Virus record (IMG/VR): IMGVR_UViG_3300036820_000021
Location: 1 to 58,919 of that record
DNA: 58,919 nucleotides
Strand: one strand, 5' to 3'
Origin: a virus
Lineage: Duplodnaviria > Caudoviricetes
This document shows, piece after piece, positions 10,076 through 18,640 of the stretch (the first letter of the stretch is position 1; each line of letters opens with the position of its first letter). Below the pieces are notes generated by a model, which saw only the letters and a list, made by a program, of their open reading frames with translations, was not told the DNA's origin and did no database searches. Position numbers and translations under genes: made by a program.

Positions 10076-10369
10076 ATGTCAGATGCAGACGATAACCCGC
10101 GCGCTGTGCCGGGCGACAACAGCGGAAGCGCCACCCGGTTCGCCCGCGATCAACTGAAAGCCTTTGTCGAGCGCGTCGAGCGCCTCGAAGAGGAAAAGGC
10201 CGCTATCGCCAGCGACATCAAGGACATTTTCGGCGAGGCCAAGGGCAGCGGTTACGACGTCAAGGCGCTGCGCACCGTAATCCGATTGCGCAAGCAGGAC
10301 GCCAACGAGCGCAAGGAGCAGGAGGCAATCCTCGAAACGTACCTCAACGCTCTTGGGATGGCGGCGTAA
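10076..10369 (+). CDS. GapR/DUF2312 nucleoid-associated protein homolog
   Basis: [50 protein letters not shown]. Confidence 0.9.
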   Translation: MSDADDNPRAVPGDNSGSATRFARDQLKAFVERVERLEEEKAAIASDIKDIFGEAKGSGYDVKALRTVIRLRKQDANERKEQEAILETYLNALGMAA

Positions 10370-10374
10370 CCATC

Positions 10375-10749
10375 GTGGCAAGCCGGCGCAACATCTCGGA
10401 GTACGACGTGCAGGCCGCCGTGGTTGCGCAAGTGCGCGCCCGCGGCGTGCCGGGCCTCGTGTTTTGGCACACGCCGAACGGAATGTTCGCCGGCAACGGC
10501 GCGCGCACGGTCGCGCGCATGAAGAAGATCGGGATGCGGCCCGGCGTCGCCGACCTGATTTTTCTCCACCTGCGCCAAACCTTTCTACTCGAACTCAAGG
10601 CAACGGCACGGTCGCGCGTTGAGCCCGAGCAGGCGGCGTTCCTATCCGCCGCGGCGTTCACAGGCGCACATGTTTCGATCGCCACCGGGCTCGACGCCGC
10701 AATCCAACAACTCGAACGCTGGGGCCTCCTTCGCGGGCAGATGCAATGA
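10375..10749 (+). CDS. VRR-NUC nuclease (Holliday-junction resolvase-like)
   Basis: WHTPNG..GMRPGVADL..LELK..EQ..F. Confidence 0.8.
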   Translation: MASRRNISEYDVQAAVVAQVRARGVPGLVFWHTPNGMFAGNGARTVARMKKIGMRPGVADLIFLHLRQTFLLELKATARSRVEPEQAAFLSAAAFTGAHVSIATGLDAAIQQLERWGLLRGQMQ

Positions 10750-11999
10750 ACCGTTGGTATCGCGCATACGAGGGAACCGTCAGTGACCCCAAGCTGGGCG
10801 AGGTCGCCATCCTCGCCGAAGCGTCGCGCTCTATCGCCGTCGCCACATGGCACTCGATCCTGGAAAGTTGCGCGTCCGTCAACGAGGGCGGCAAGTTTGA
10901 CACTAATGCGCGCCGCGTCGCCGCGATCCTTGGCGAGCCCGTTGCGCTGATCGAGCGCGTGTTCGCCTCCTTCAAGAAGGTCGGCATGACGGACGGCCGC
11001 GGGGTTTCAGCATGGAAACTGCGTCAATTTGAAAGCGATCGCGACCCCTCGGCGACAGATCGCCAGCGGCGGAAACGCGAGCGTGACAGAGGCGTGAGTC
11101 ACGCACCTGTCACGCGTGACACGCCCGTGAGTCACGCGCATGTCACGGGCGCGGCACGCGTGACGGAACCCCCAGAGACAGAGACAGAGACAGAGACAGA
11201 GACAGAGACAGAGACAGAGACAGAGACAGAGACAGAGACAGAGACAGAGACAGAGACAGAAGCAGAGAAGAATGATGATGATAGGATAGCCGCGCGCGCG
11301 ACCCCGAAGAAACCACCGAAGGAAATTCCAGACGACCCCAGGCTAACCGCTGGCGCCCTCTGGAAGCTATTTGCCAAAGCCTACCCGGCTCCCGCCAGCA
11401 AGGCAGCCGAGCGCAAGTTCCTCGCAATGGTTACGGCCGGCGAGAACGCCGACCCGATCATCGTCGCGGCGCCGCGCGCCAACCCCGATATGCCGGCCGA
11501 GCAATGGCTCGATGAACGCGCATGGAAGCAACTCTCGTTGCTACCGGACGCGCCGCCCAAGGTGGTGATCTCTCCTGAAGCTGGCGCGCTGGCGGACGAG
11601 ATCGCGGTTATTGCCGGGCAGCACTTGAATTTCGTTGAGCCAGGATGGTGCGGCGCCGCGTGGCGCTGCCAGCAATGGCTCGATCAAGGCTGGCCGCGCG
11701 AACTCATCGTTGCCGGCGTGCAATCGCAAGCCAAAGCCAGGGCGCCCGAGAAGATCGGCAACGTCTCATATTTCGAAAAGGGCCTTGCGCAATTCATCGC
11801 GCGGCAACAGCGCGCTGTCCCCAAAGTAGTCGAGCTCAAACCTGAAACCGTGGAGGTTAGACGTGAGGCAGTTAGGCACGATCCTCGATCTGGCGTCGCC
11901 GCGATCGACCGCGTGTACGGCCAGCTCAGACAAGCCGCGGGCAAGCATGAAGGTGGCGGAGAAGTGCCAGAAATTGCTGTTCTCCGCCTTCCGGCTTGA
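10746..11999 (+). CDS. Replication initiator (O-like) with internal origin
   Basis: N-terminal WYR..SDPKL, W..RQ..S..RQRR, central iteron/(TE)n segment. Confidence 0.7.
   Translation: MNRWYRAYEGTVSDPKLGEVAILAEASRSIAVATWHSILESCASVNEGGKFDTNARRVAAILGEPVALIERVFASFKKVGMTDGRGVSAWKLRQFESDRDPSATDRQRRKRERDRGVSHAPVTRDTPVSHAHVTGAARVTEPPETETETETETETETETETETETETETETEAEKNDDDRIAARATPKKPPKEIPDDPRLTAGALWKLFAKAYPAPASKAAERKFLAMVTAGENADPIIVAAPRANPDMPAEQWLDERAWKQLSLLPDAPPKVVISPEAGALADEIAVIAGQHLNFVEPGWCGAAWRCQQWLDQGWPRELIVAGVQSQAKARAPEKIGNVSYFEKGLAQFIARQQRAVPKVVELKPETVEVRREAVRHDPRSGVAAIDRVYGQLRQAAGKHEGGGEVPEIAVLRLPA
11082..11164. repeat. Putative ori iterons GTCACG/CGTGAC
   Basis: CGTGAGTCACG at 11093 and 11126, palindrome TGTCACGCGTGACA at 11108-11121, further half-sites. 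Confidence 0.65.
11175..11258 (+). repeat. Perfect microsatellite (GAGACA)14 encoding (ET)14
   Basis: Read directly from sequence. Confidence 0.95.
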
Positions 12000-12297
12000 C
12001 GCCTACAGCGACCCCGATTCGTTCATGCTGCAGGTCGCGGCCCGATTTTCTCAGTATGACGACGCCGTGCTGCTTCGCGCAACGGACCCGTTCCGGCACG
12101 ACAACATCCAGACAATCTACAAATTTCCGCCGTCGATCCACGAGATCACTGCGGCTCTCGACAGCACGCAGAAGGCGGTCGAGGCGATGGCGTATGTGGT
12201 CGAGCGGGAATCGCGAGGTTTCAAGATGACGGTCAACGGCTTCGTTAACGCTGCCGGCGAACGCTACAGCGCCGCAAAACATGGGGCTGCCAAATGA
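11947..12297 (+). CDS. Hypothetical protein at helicase-loader (P) position
   Basis: Follows initiator; KFPPSIHEI motif. Confidence 0.45.
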   Translation: MKVAEKCQKLLFSAFRLDAYSDPDSFMLQVAARFSQYDDAVLLRATDPFRHDNIQTIYKFPPSIHEITAALDSTQKAVEAMAYVVERESRGFKMTVNGFVNAAGERYSAAKHGAAK

Positions 12298-12689
12298 GCG
12301 CCACCTGCAACATCCCGCTCGGAAAGTGCAGCCAGTACGACACCACCGTCAGCCAATGCGACTATGCCGCGCTCACGGCGTACCGCTGGAACTACAAGAT
12401 TTCCGCATGGCAATACGGCGCCAAGGTCTATGCGCGCCGGGGCGGCGGACAAAATCGTGACGGCACGCCGCGCCCGACGATCTATATGGCCCGAGTCATC
12501 CTCGAGGAACTGATCGGCGAGCCGGCGCCGACGCTGCTCCACACGCCGCACCACATTGATGGCAACAGCCTAAACAACACCCGCGACAACCTGGAATGGG
12601 CGACTAAATCCAAGCAATCGGCCGAACAGAAGCCGCGCATGGATCACCGCATCCGCAAGGCGATCGAACAGGCGAGGGCGACAGCGTGA
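12294..12689 (+). CDS. HNH endonuclease
   Basis: HHIDGNSLNNTRDNLEWAT. Confidence 0.8.
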   Translation: MSATCNIPLGKCSQYDTTVSQCDYAALTAYRWNYKISAWQYGAKVYARRGGGQNRDGTPRPTIYMARVILEELIGEPAPTLLHTPHHIDGNSLNNTRDNLEWATKSKQSAEQKPRMDHRIRKAIEQARATA

Positions 12690-13388
12690 GCGATCGCAAG
12701 GGCATCCTCGATCAGAGCGCTTCTCGCCAAGACGGTTGGTAACGGCTGCAGCGAGCCAGAAGCGATGGCTGCGCTCGACAAAGCGCGCGCCATGATGGAC
12801 GCCTACGAGGTTACGGACGCCGATCTGCGCGAGGTTGGCGCCGGCAGCGCCACCATCGGTGGCGAGGAAGCCGGCGCCCGCGACCCGCTCAACATCAAGG
12901 CCGGCCTTTTACAAGCCGTCGCGGCGTTCTGTGATTGCTCCGCGTGGTTTCGCGTCGAGTCGGTTCAATTCTGCGGACTCGCCATCGACGTCGAGTTTGC
13001 CCGCTGGCTGCTCGATACACTCGACGCTTTCGTGCGCGCCGAACTCGCCGGCTACATGATCGGATGCCTGTACGTTGGCACGAAGCGTCGCCGAATCGTA
13101 ACCGGCTTCGCGGCCGGCTGCACGGATCGCATCCGCGAGCGCATCTATGCCCTGATCGACGCCGCGCGCCGGGCCGCAGGAAAGAACAGCCGCGCGCTGG
13201 TAGTGGTCAAGACCGACCTGATCAAACGCGCCATGGAAGACGCGGGAATCGCGCTGCGCGACGTGCCGAACGGCCGACCGCGTTTCGATGATGACGCCCG
13301 CGGCGACGGACGTGCGGCTGGCGATCGTGCAACTTTCGGCCGCCCTGTTGATGGTCCCGCTGCGGCGCTGCGCCTCACCCGGACATAA
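12686..13388 (+). pseudogene. DUF2786-like gene with 5' frameshift
   Basis: GTG-SDRKGILD is out of frame with IRALLAKT..NGCSEPEA..A..KA..MM at ~12710. Confidence 0.6.
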
Positions 13389-13402
13389 ATGCACCAAGCT
13401 GC

Positions 13403-13453
13403 TTGACACCGGACATAATGTCCTGATACATAAATCCTGTATTTAATACAGGA
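13403..13453 (+). promoter_or_regulatory. Promoter-operator cassette
   Basis: TTGACA-N18-TACATAAATCCTGTATT, palindrome TCCTGTATTTAATACAGGA; same layout at 50262-50311. Confidence 0.7.
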
Positions 13454-13457
13454 GAAC

Positions 13458-13799
13458 GTGATGACGATGAAGCCAGTTCTTTTTTGCGACGACGGCAGCG
13501 AGCTCGTACTGCCGAACAAGTGGGAAATCTGCTCCCATTGCCGCGGCGAAGGCAAATCGAGCGCGTATCTCGGCGCCTTCACCCGCGATGATCTCGACGA
13601 GCAGGGCTCGGAGTGGTGCGAGGACTATTTCGCCGGCAGGCTCGACTGCGCGTGCAAGCATTGCGGCGGCGCCGGCAAGGTCAGCGTGGTCGATTGGTCG
13701 AAGCTGACCAAGGCACAAAAGCGCGAGTGGAACGCGCAAGTCCGCGCCGAGCGTGAGTGCCGCGCCGAGGAACGCGCCGAGCGGATGGCGGGCTGCTGA
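13458..13799 (+). CDS. CxxCxGxG zinc-finger protein
   Basis: CSHCRGEG and CKHCGGAG. Confidence 0.7.
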   Translation: MMTMKPVLFCDDGSELVLPNKWEICSHCRGEGKSSAYLGAFTRDDLDEQGSEWCEDYFAGRLDCACKHCGGAGKVSVVDWSKLTKAQKREWNAQVRAERECRAEERAERMAGC

Positions 13800-13800
13800 C

Positions 13801-14016
13801 ATGCCCTTCACCGTTACCAAGCCACAGCCGAACGGCAAGCTCTACCTGCGGCGCCTACTATCCGGCGACTACGCATGGACCGGAGCAAAGTCTAACGCCA
13901 CGCCGATGTCCGAAGAGGGCGCCGAAGCGATCGCCACCGAGATCAACACATTCGCCTCGACGCCGTGTCAGGTCGAGGGCATCAGACATGATGACGAGGT
14001 GGCGCCATGCGAGTAG
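13801..14016 (+). CDS. Hypothetical protein
   Basis: ATG 1 nt after the upstream stop. Confidence 0.5.
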   Translation: MPFTVTKPQPNGKLYLRRLLSGDYAWTGAKSNATPMSEEGAEAIATEINTFASTPCQVEGIRHDDEVAPCE

Positions 14017-14234
14017 CCGACACCGCCGAACTTGACGCGCACCGCGCCGCGACCCTCGACGCCTTCGACGCTGCATGGACGACGCCGTGCGACGTGCTGA
14101 CGGCACGCGCGCGCCAGGCTCTCCGCTGCTCCGTTCGCATCGCCGACGCCAACACCACACACCTGATCGGCAGTTGGCGCGGCTTCTACGTCGCGCCGGG
14201 TGGACGTCCTGCCGGCAGGTTTATCGTCGCCTAA
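14007..14234 (+). CDS. Hypothetical protein
   Basis: GAGG SD, overlapping start. Confidence 0.45.
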   Translation: MRVADTAELDAHRAATLDAFDAAWTTPCDVLTARARQALRCSVRIADANTTHLIGSWRGFYVAPGGRPAGRFIVA

Positions 14235-14327
14235 ACCGGGGCGGCTGGGACGCTTGATTGTTGGTCCGTACCGCGCAATCGCGTCTCAGCCGCCTACTGC
14301 CCGTAACCACCAACAGGAGGACATGAA

Positions 14328-15233
14328 ATGGAACTCAAGATCAAAAATCGATGGACCGGAAAAGTACAGTTTACGGCCGCGATCGAATGTGATGACAGCA
14401 CATCGATGCAAGTAAAAATCGGGCTTGCAGTAAAGTGGGCGCTAAAAGCGCGCGCCAACCTCGCGGGCGCCGACCTCGCGGACGCCTACCTCGCGGGCGC
14501 CTACCTCGCGGGCGCCGACCTCGCACGCGCCAACCTCGCGGGCGCCAACCTCGCGGGCGCCTACCTCGCGGGCGCCTACCTCGCGGGCGCCGACCTCGCG
14601 GACGCATACCTCGCGGGCGCCAACCTCGCGGGCGCCGACCTCGCACGCGCCAACCTCGCGGGCGCCGACCTCGCGGACGCCTACCTCGCGGGCGCCTACC
14701 TCGCGGGCGCCGACCTCGCGCGCGCCTACCTCGCGGGCGCCAACCTCGCGCGCGCCTACCTCGCGGGCGCCAACCTCGCACGCGCCAACCTCGCGGGCGC
14801 CAACCTCGCACGCGCCTACCTCGCGGGCGCCGACCTCGCGGACGCCTACCTCGCGGGCGCCAACCTCGCGGACGCCTACCTCGCGGGCGCCTACCTCGCG
14901 GGCGCCGACAAAGAACCTCTGGCGATTCCGGTGATTCCAAAAATTGACGCCGTTATTCTCGCCGCAATCGAAAAAGGCGGCACGCTAAACATGGACTCAT
15001 GGCACGGATCGGCTGGTTGGTGCGGTACGACACATTGCCGAGCGGGATGGGCTGTTCACTGCGCGGGCGTTCCTGGCCGTGAGCTTGAAAAAAAGATCGG
15101 AACGCAAGCCGCGGGCGCGATGATTTATCGCGCATCGCGCCCAGGCCATGCAGCCCCGTGGTTCTTTGCGGCTGACGATGATGCCTTGGCCGACATCAAA
15201 AAATGCGCAGCAGAACAAGAGGCAACCACGTAA
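14328..15233 (+). CDS. Pentapeptide repeat protein
   Basis: 31 A(G/D/R)A(D/N/Y)L-type units; C-terminal CGTTHCRAGW; AGGAGG SD. Confidence 0.92.
   Translation: MELKIKNRWTGKVQFTAAIECDDSTSMQVKIGLAVKWALKARANLAGADLADAYLAGAYLAGADLARANLAGANLAGAYLAGAYLAGADLADAYLAGANLAGADLARANLAGADLADAYLAGAYLAGADLARAYLAGANLARAYLAGANLARANLAGANLARAYLAGADLADAYLAGANLADAYLAGAYLAGADKEPLAIPVIPKIDAVILAAIEKGGTLNMDSWHGSAGWCGTTHCRAGWAVHCAGVPGRELEKKIGTQAAGAMIYRASRPGHAAPWFFAADDDALADIKKCAAEQEATT
14448..14912 (+). repeat. 15-bp tandem array (31 units) coding pentapeptides
   Basis: GCGGGCGCC(G/A/T)ACCTC variants. Confidence 0.9.
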
Positions 15234-15301
15234 TTGCCGCCAGCTATGGCCGCGCCTGGGCGACGCGCGGCCATGACGGGCGACAACCAACGGGGAAAGC
15301 C

Positions 15302-15472
15302 ATGATGCGTTCACCTTGGAACAAGAGCGACGGCGAGTGGGAGTGCCCAGCGTGTGGGTGCTGGTCGCTTGTCGGAGAGGATTGCTGGAACTGCACCGAG
15401 ATCGAGGAAGAACATGAAACGGAAATCGACGCCGGACGCGATGATACCGGCGATGACGCCCACCGAGTTTAG
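15302..15472 (+). CDS. Small zinc-ribbon protein
   Basis: WECPACG..CWNC. Confidence 0.45.
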   Translation: MMRSPWNKSDGEWECPACGCWSLVGEDCWNCTEIEEEHETEIDAGRDDTGDDAHRV

Positions 15473-15659
15473 CCGAGCGCTTGACCGGCTCGGCTTCTCA
15501 CAGATCGGCCTCGCCCGCTTCACCGGCCGCGACGCGCGCACGGTGCGCCGCTGGGCAGCCGGCGAGCCTATCCCATCCGAACTGGCGTTGCTGCTGCGGC
15601 TGATGGTCCGCTTCAAGGTTACGCCGCCGACCGCCTGTCGCACCAAGGAGAAACGCTGA
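15441..15659 (+). CDS. XRE HTH regulator
   Basis: MTPTEF..LGFSQIGLARFTGRDARTVRRW. Confidence 0.75.
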   Translation: MIPAMTPTEFSRALDRLGFSQIGLARFTGRDARTVRRWAAGEPIPSELALLLRLMVRFKVTPPTACRTKEKR

Positions 15660-15769
15660 TGACGCAATGGGACGCAGTCTGGATCACCGTCGCCGCGTTC
15701 GCTGCAGCGTGTGCGTTCTTCATCGTGGCGGCACCACATCACCCCGACGATCACAACGAGAGGAAATAG
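15659..15769 (+). CDS. 36-aa membrane peptide
   Basis: TGATG coupling, AAGGAG SD, one TM segment; below ORF-track cutoff. Confidence 0.45.
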   Translation: MTQWDAVWITVAAFAAACAFFIVAAPHHPDDHNERK

Positions 15770-15885
15770 CCGATGTTTCCGTTCCTGCCGTGGATTACGC
15801 TTCGCGCCGCCTGTGACATCGACCTGTGGCTTGCGCTGTGGGGAATCGACATCGCGGTTGAACCGCCGAAGGAGGGCGCTTAATC

Positions 15886-16086
15886 ATGACACCAGAGCAA
15901 ATCAAAGCGCTTTCGGGCCGCATAAGCGCACTCTTGCCAGATGACCCAAACATGGCTGTCACCGTCCTGGCGCTCAACTACGCTTGCGTCGCGTGCTGCA
16001 CCGGCCTGGACGATATGGCGGCAATCGAGGCAGTACGCATCGCACTGAGGCAGATGCGCCTCTACAGAGTTGGCGAGGTAGCGTAA
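15886..16086 (+). CDS. Hypothetical protein
   Basis: AAGGAGG SD. Confidence 0.5.
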   Translation: MTPEQIKALSGRISALLPDDPNMAVTVLALNYACVACCTGLDDMAAIEAVRIALRQMRLYRVGEVA

Positions 16087-16088
16087 CC

Positions 16089-16664
16089 ATGTACCGATCC
16101 GCCATCATCTCGCCCTGCAAGACTTACCGCTATCGCCTCGAACGCACGATCGGCGCCGGCCCGACCATGATGTTCCTGATGGTCAATCCCTCGACCGCCG
16201 ACGCCGACCAGGACGATCCGACCGTCCGCAAGTGCATCGGCTTTGCCCAGCGCAATGGTTACGGCCGCATCCTGATCGGTAACAAGTTTGCGTACCGCGC
16301 CAAGGACATTAACGCCCTAGAGGGCGTCAATGATCCGATCGGGCCAGACAACGACATCTACCTGCGTCCCATGATCGCCGAATCGGACGTCGTGGTCGCC
16401 GCGTGGGGCACGCTCAACAAAATCCCCGAGGCGCTCCGCGCTCGCTGGCACGATATCGTGCGCATGGCAGACGCCGCCGAGAAGCCGCTGTACTGTCTCG
16501 GCGCTAACGCCGACAAGCACCCGCGCCATCCGCTGATGCTCAGCTACGGAGTGCCCGTGTCGCCCTGGCGCACGCCGTGGTTCCTCGGACGCAAGAAGCG
16601 GGCACCTGAGATCACCCAACAAACCGACGCGGCTACGGCCGCTGTAATGGCAACGCCGAGGTAA
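16089..16664 (+). CDS. DUF1643 family protein
   Basis: YRYRL..MVNPSTAD..DDPT..N.FAYRA..AAWG..PRHPL. Confidence 0.85.
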   Translation: MYRSAIISPCKTYRYRLERTIGAGPTMMFLMVNPSTADADQDDPTVRKCIGFAQRNGYGRILIGNKFAYRAKDINALEGVNDPIGPDNDIYLRPMIAESDVVVAAWGTLNKIPEALRARWHDIVRMADAAEKPLYCLGANADKHPRHPLMLSYGVPVSPWRTPWFLGRKKRAPEITQQTDAATAAVMATPR

Positions 16665-16668
16665 TGAG

Positions 16669-16977
16669 ATGAGCATCATAGAGCCGGGCTACGCTTATTT
16701 CCCGATCGCATGGAGCGACGGCGGAGATGATGGCGCCAATGGGGAGCCCGTTTTCGACCCATCGATCATCTTTGTCGAGCCTGCTGATGACGGGGATCAC
16801 GAGGACATGCTTGCCGTATCGCTGGCGGATGTTGTCGAGGGATTTATCGACGGCGCGAGATCGCGGGCGTCCGGCGATAAGATCGAGGCCTCCGATCCAA
16901 AGGACGTAGATATTGCCATTGCCGTGCGCGATGAACTGCGCCGCCTCGCCGACCTAATCGACAAAGCTCTGCCGTGA
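16669..16977 (+). CDS. Acidic hypothetical protein
   Basis: Operonic ORF. Confidence 0.5.
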   Translation: MSIIEPGYAYFPIAWSDGGDDGANGEPVFDPSIIFVEPADDGDHEDMLAVSLADVVEGFIDGARSRASGDKIEASDPKDVDIAIAVRDELRRLADLIDKALP

Positions 16978-17061
16978 TGGTTACGCACAGGTCCGCATAA
17001 TCCTGTTGCTATCGTCAACTAAAGTTTCCCTGTAGCCCCTCGAAGCGGTTACGCACGGCTC

Positions 17062-17739
17062 ATGGACGAGCCCAGCGACAAACCGCGTAAGCGCAAGCCT
17101 CGTGACCGCGCCGAGTACATGCGCGAATACCGAGCGGGCAAAGCCAAGCGCAAGCCCCCGAAGCGCAAAGGCAAGCCGCACGGCAACTCAAAGAGCCAGC
17201 GGCCCAAGGAAAAAGCCCCCTTCAAGTACGACGCCGCTCCCGTCATCGAAAGGCACCTCGGGCCAGGGCGCCCGACTGGTTACAACCCATTCCGCGGCGA
17301 CGAACTCATCGCATACATGGCAGGCGGTCTCTGCTTCACCGCGGCTGCCGCCATGATGGGCTTCTGTGTCGATACCCTTAACGAGTGGGCCAATCGCCAC
17401 CCCGAGTTTTCCGCCTCCAAAAAACGCGGGCAGGCGTGTTTGACGCTCTATTACAATCGAAAACTCAACGGCTCGATTGATGGAGCGGCTGTAACCGCCT
17501 CGATCTTTGGCCTCAAGAACTCATCGCCGAAAGAGTGGCGCGACAAGCACGAGATCGAACACAACACGGCGCCAGATGATCCGATGCTGGCGTTCCTGCG
17601 GTCAATCAACGGCAATGTGCTGCGGCCGGTTACGCCGACGATCATCGAAGCTGAGTGTCACGATGTAACCCCCGTAACCCCTGTTACCACACCGGCACAG
17701 ATCGAAGGGCCGCCGCGGCCGTTCGGATCGGGAGCGTAA
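17062..17739 (+). CDS. terS: Terminase small subunit
   Basis: GRPT.Y, HTH TLNEW..HPEF, IFGLKN..EWRDK. Confidence 0.75.
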   Translation: MDEPSDKPRKRKPRDRAEYMREYRAGKAKRKPPKRKGKPHGNSKSQRPKEKAPFKYDAAPVIERHLGPGRPTGYNPFRGDELIAYMAGGLCFTAAAAMMGFCVDTLNEWANRHPEFSASKKRGQACLTLYYNRKLNGSIDGAAVTASIFGLKNSSPKEWRDKHEIEHNTAPDDPMLAFLRSINGNVLRPVTPTIIEAECHDVTPVTPVTTPAQIEGPPRPFGSGA

Positions 17740-17741
17740 CC

Positions 17742-17912
17742 ATGGACGAGATCGAAAAGCTGATCGGGCAACTCGAGCGAGCGATTGCCAGAGACGACTC
17801 GAAGGTTGGTGTGGCCGTTGGGTTGTCGCTCCTGCGCATTGCGCTGACCGACATTCACCAGATCGCGCACAGCCTCGAACTGCTCGCGCAGGATCGTCTC
17901 GGGCGGGAGTAG
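17742..17912 (+). CDS. Hypothetical protein
   Basis: TAACCATG junction with terS. Confidence 0.45.
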   Translation: MDEIEKLIGQLERAIARDDSKVGVAVGLSLLRIALTDIHQIAHSLELLAQDRLGRE

Positions 17913-17920
17913 GCGCCGCC

Positions 17921-18127
17921 GTGGATGCGATGGAGGAATTTCACAAGCTGCTCGCAACCGAAACGATCGAGCAGCTTCTGGCGAGAACTGAGAAGGCGGT
18001 TGCCGGGCTTGGAGCCGAAGCGGTTGCAACGTTCGCGGCGCTGGCAGGCGAGGTAAGGCGGCTGGCGAAGGTCAACGAGAAGATGACCGGAGCCTTTGTG
18101 AGACAGAAACCGGAGCGAAAGCAATGA
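17921..18127 (+). CDS. Hypothetical protein
   Basis: Operonic ORF. Confidence 0.45.
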   Translation: MDAMEEFHKLLATETIEQLLARTEKAVAGLGAEAVATFAALAGEVRRLAKVNEKMTGAFVRQKPERKQ

Positions 18128-18492
18128 GCCATGCACCGCGTTGGATCGCCGACAGAGAGACGATGGAGCTAAGCGAACGCCAAGATGATGGCAGTTACGC
18201 GGTTGCCTACAAGATGATCCCCATCCAGGCAGCCGCCGCTATGATCCCCATCGCTCAGGCGGACCAGCAGAAGCTGACGCAAGAGCAGCTCACCGCAGAG
18301 CGGGAACGCGAGTTGCGCGCCGCGATGGAGGAACTGGACCGCATCATCGAACGCGGCGGCAGCTTCTTCATTGACGGACGCCGAATCATCCGCGCGGTGC
18401 TCGATAAATACCGCGACGCTGACGAGCCCACCGGCGCGCTCGGCTGCTGCGTCGAGTGCACATGCGGCAAGTACGGCCGCTTCACGAGGTAA
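18124..18492 (+). CDS. Hypothetical protein
   Basis: ATGA-coupled. Confidence 0.5.
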   Translation: MSHAPRWIADRETMELSERQDDGSYAVAYKMIPIQAAAAMIPIAQADQQKLTQEQLTAERERELRAAMEELDRIIERGGSFFIDGRRIIRAVLDKYRDADEPTGALGCCVECTCGKYGRFTR

Positions 18493-18494
18493 TC

Positions 18495-18629
18495 ATGCTC
18501 CTGCGCCTGTACATCGCCGTGATGATCCTCGCCGCAATGCTCGGTGCCGCGCACTACGCGCACGGCGCGCCCTGCCGGTACACCGGCCACGAGAGCATCT
18601 GCGACTGCCAGCAGAGCGTCTGCAACTGA
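18495..18629 (+). CDS. 44-aa putative secreted cysteine-rich peptide
   Basis: GAGG SD; signal peptide then APCRYTGHESICDCQQSVCN. Confidence 0.45.
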   Translation: MLLRLYIAVMILAAMLGAAHYAHGAPCRYTGHESICDCQQSVCN

Positions 18630-18640
18630 GGTAGCCGGTC

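Noticed and set aside
11132-11427. (SV)n and (SL)n ORFs
   Set aside because: Reverse-strand shadows of the GAGACA repeat.
13435-13453. LexA/SOS box (also 50295-50311)
   Set aside because: CTGT-N7-ACAG has the wrong spacing for the E. coli box, and alphaproteobacterial LexA uses GTTC-N7-GTTC; treated as a phage operator.
14371-14947. Arg/Pro-rich RRPRG ORFs and possible CRISPR-like array
   Set aside because: Shadow frames of the 15-bp pentapeptide repeat; no spacers or cas genes.
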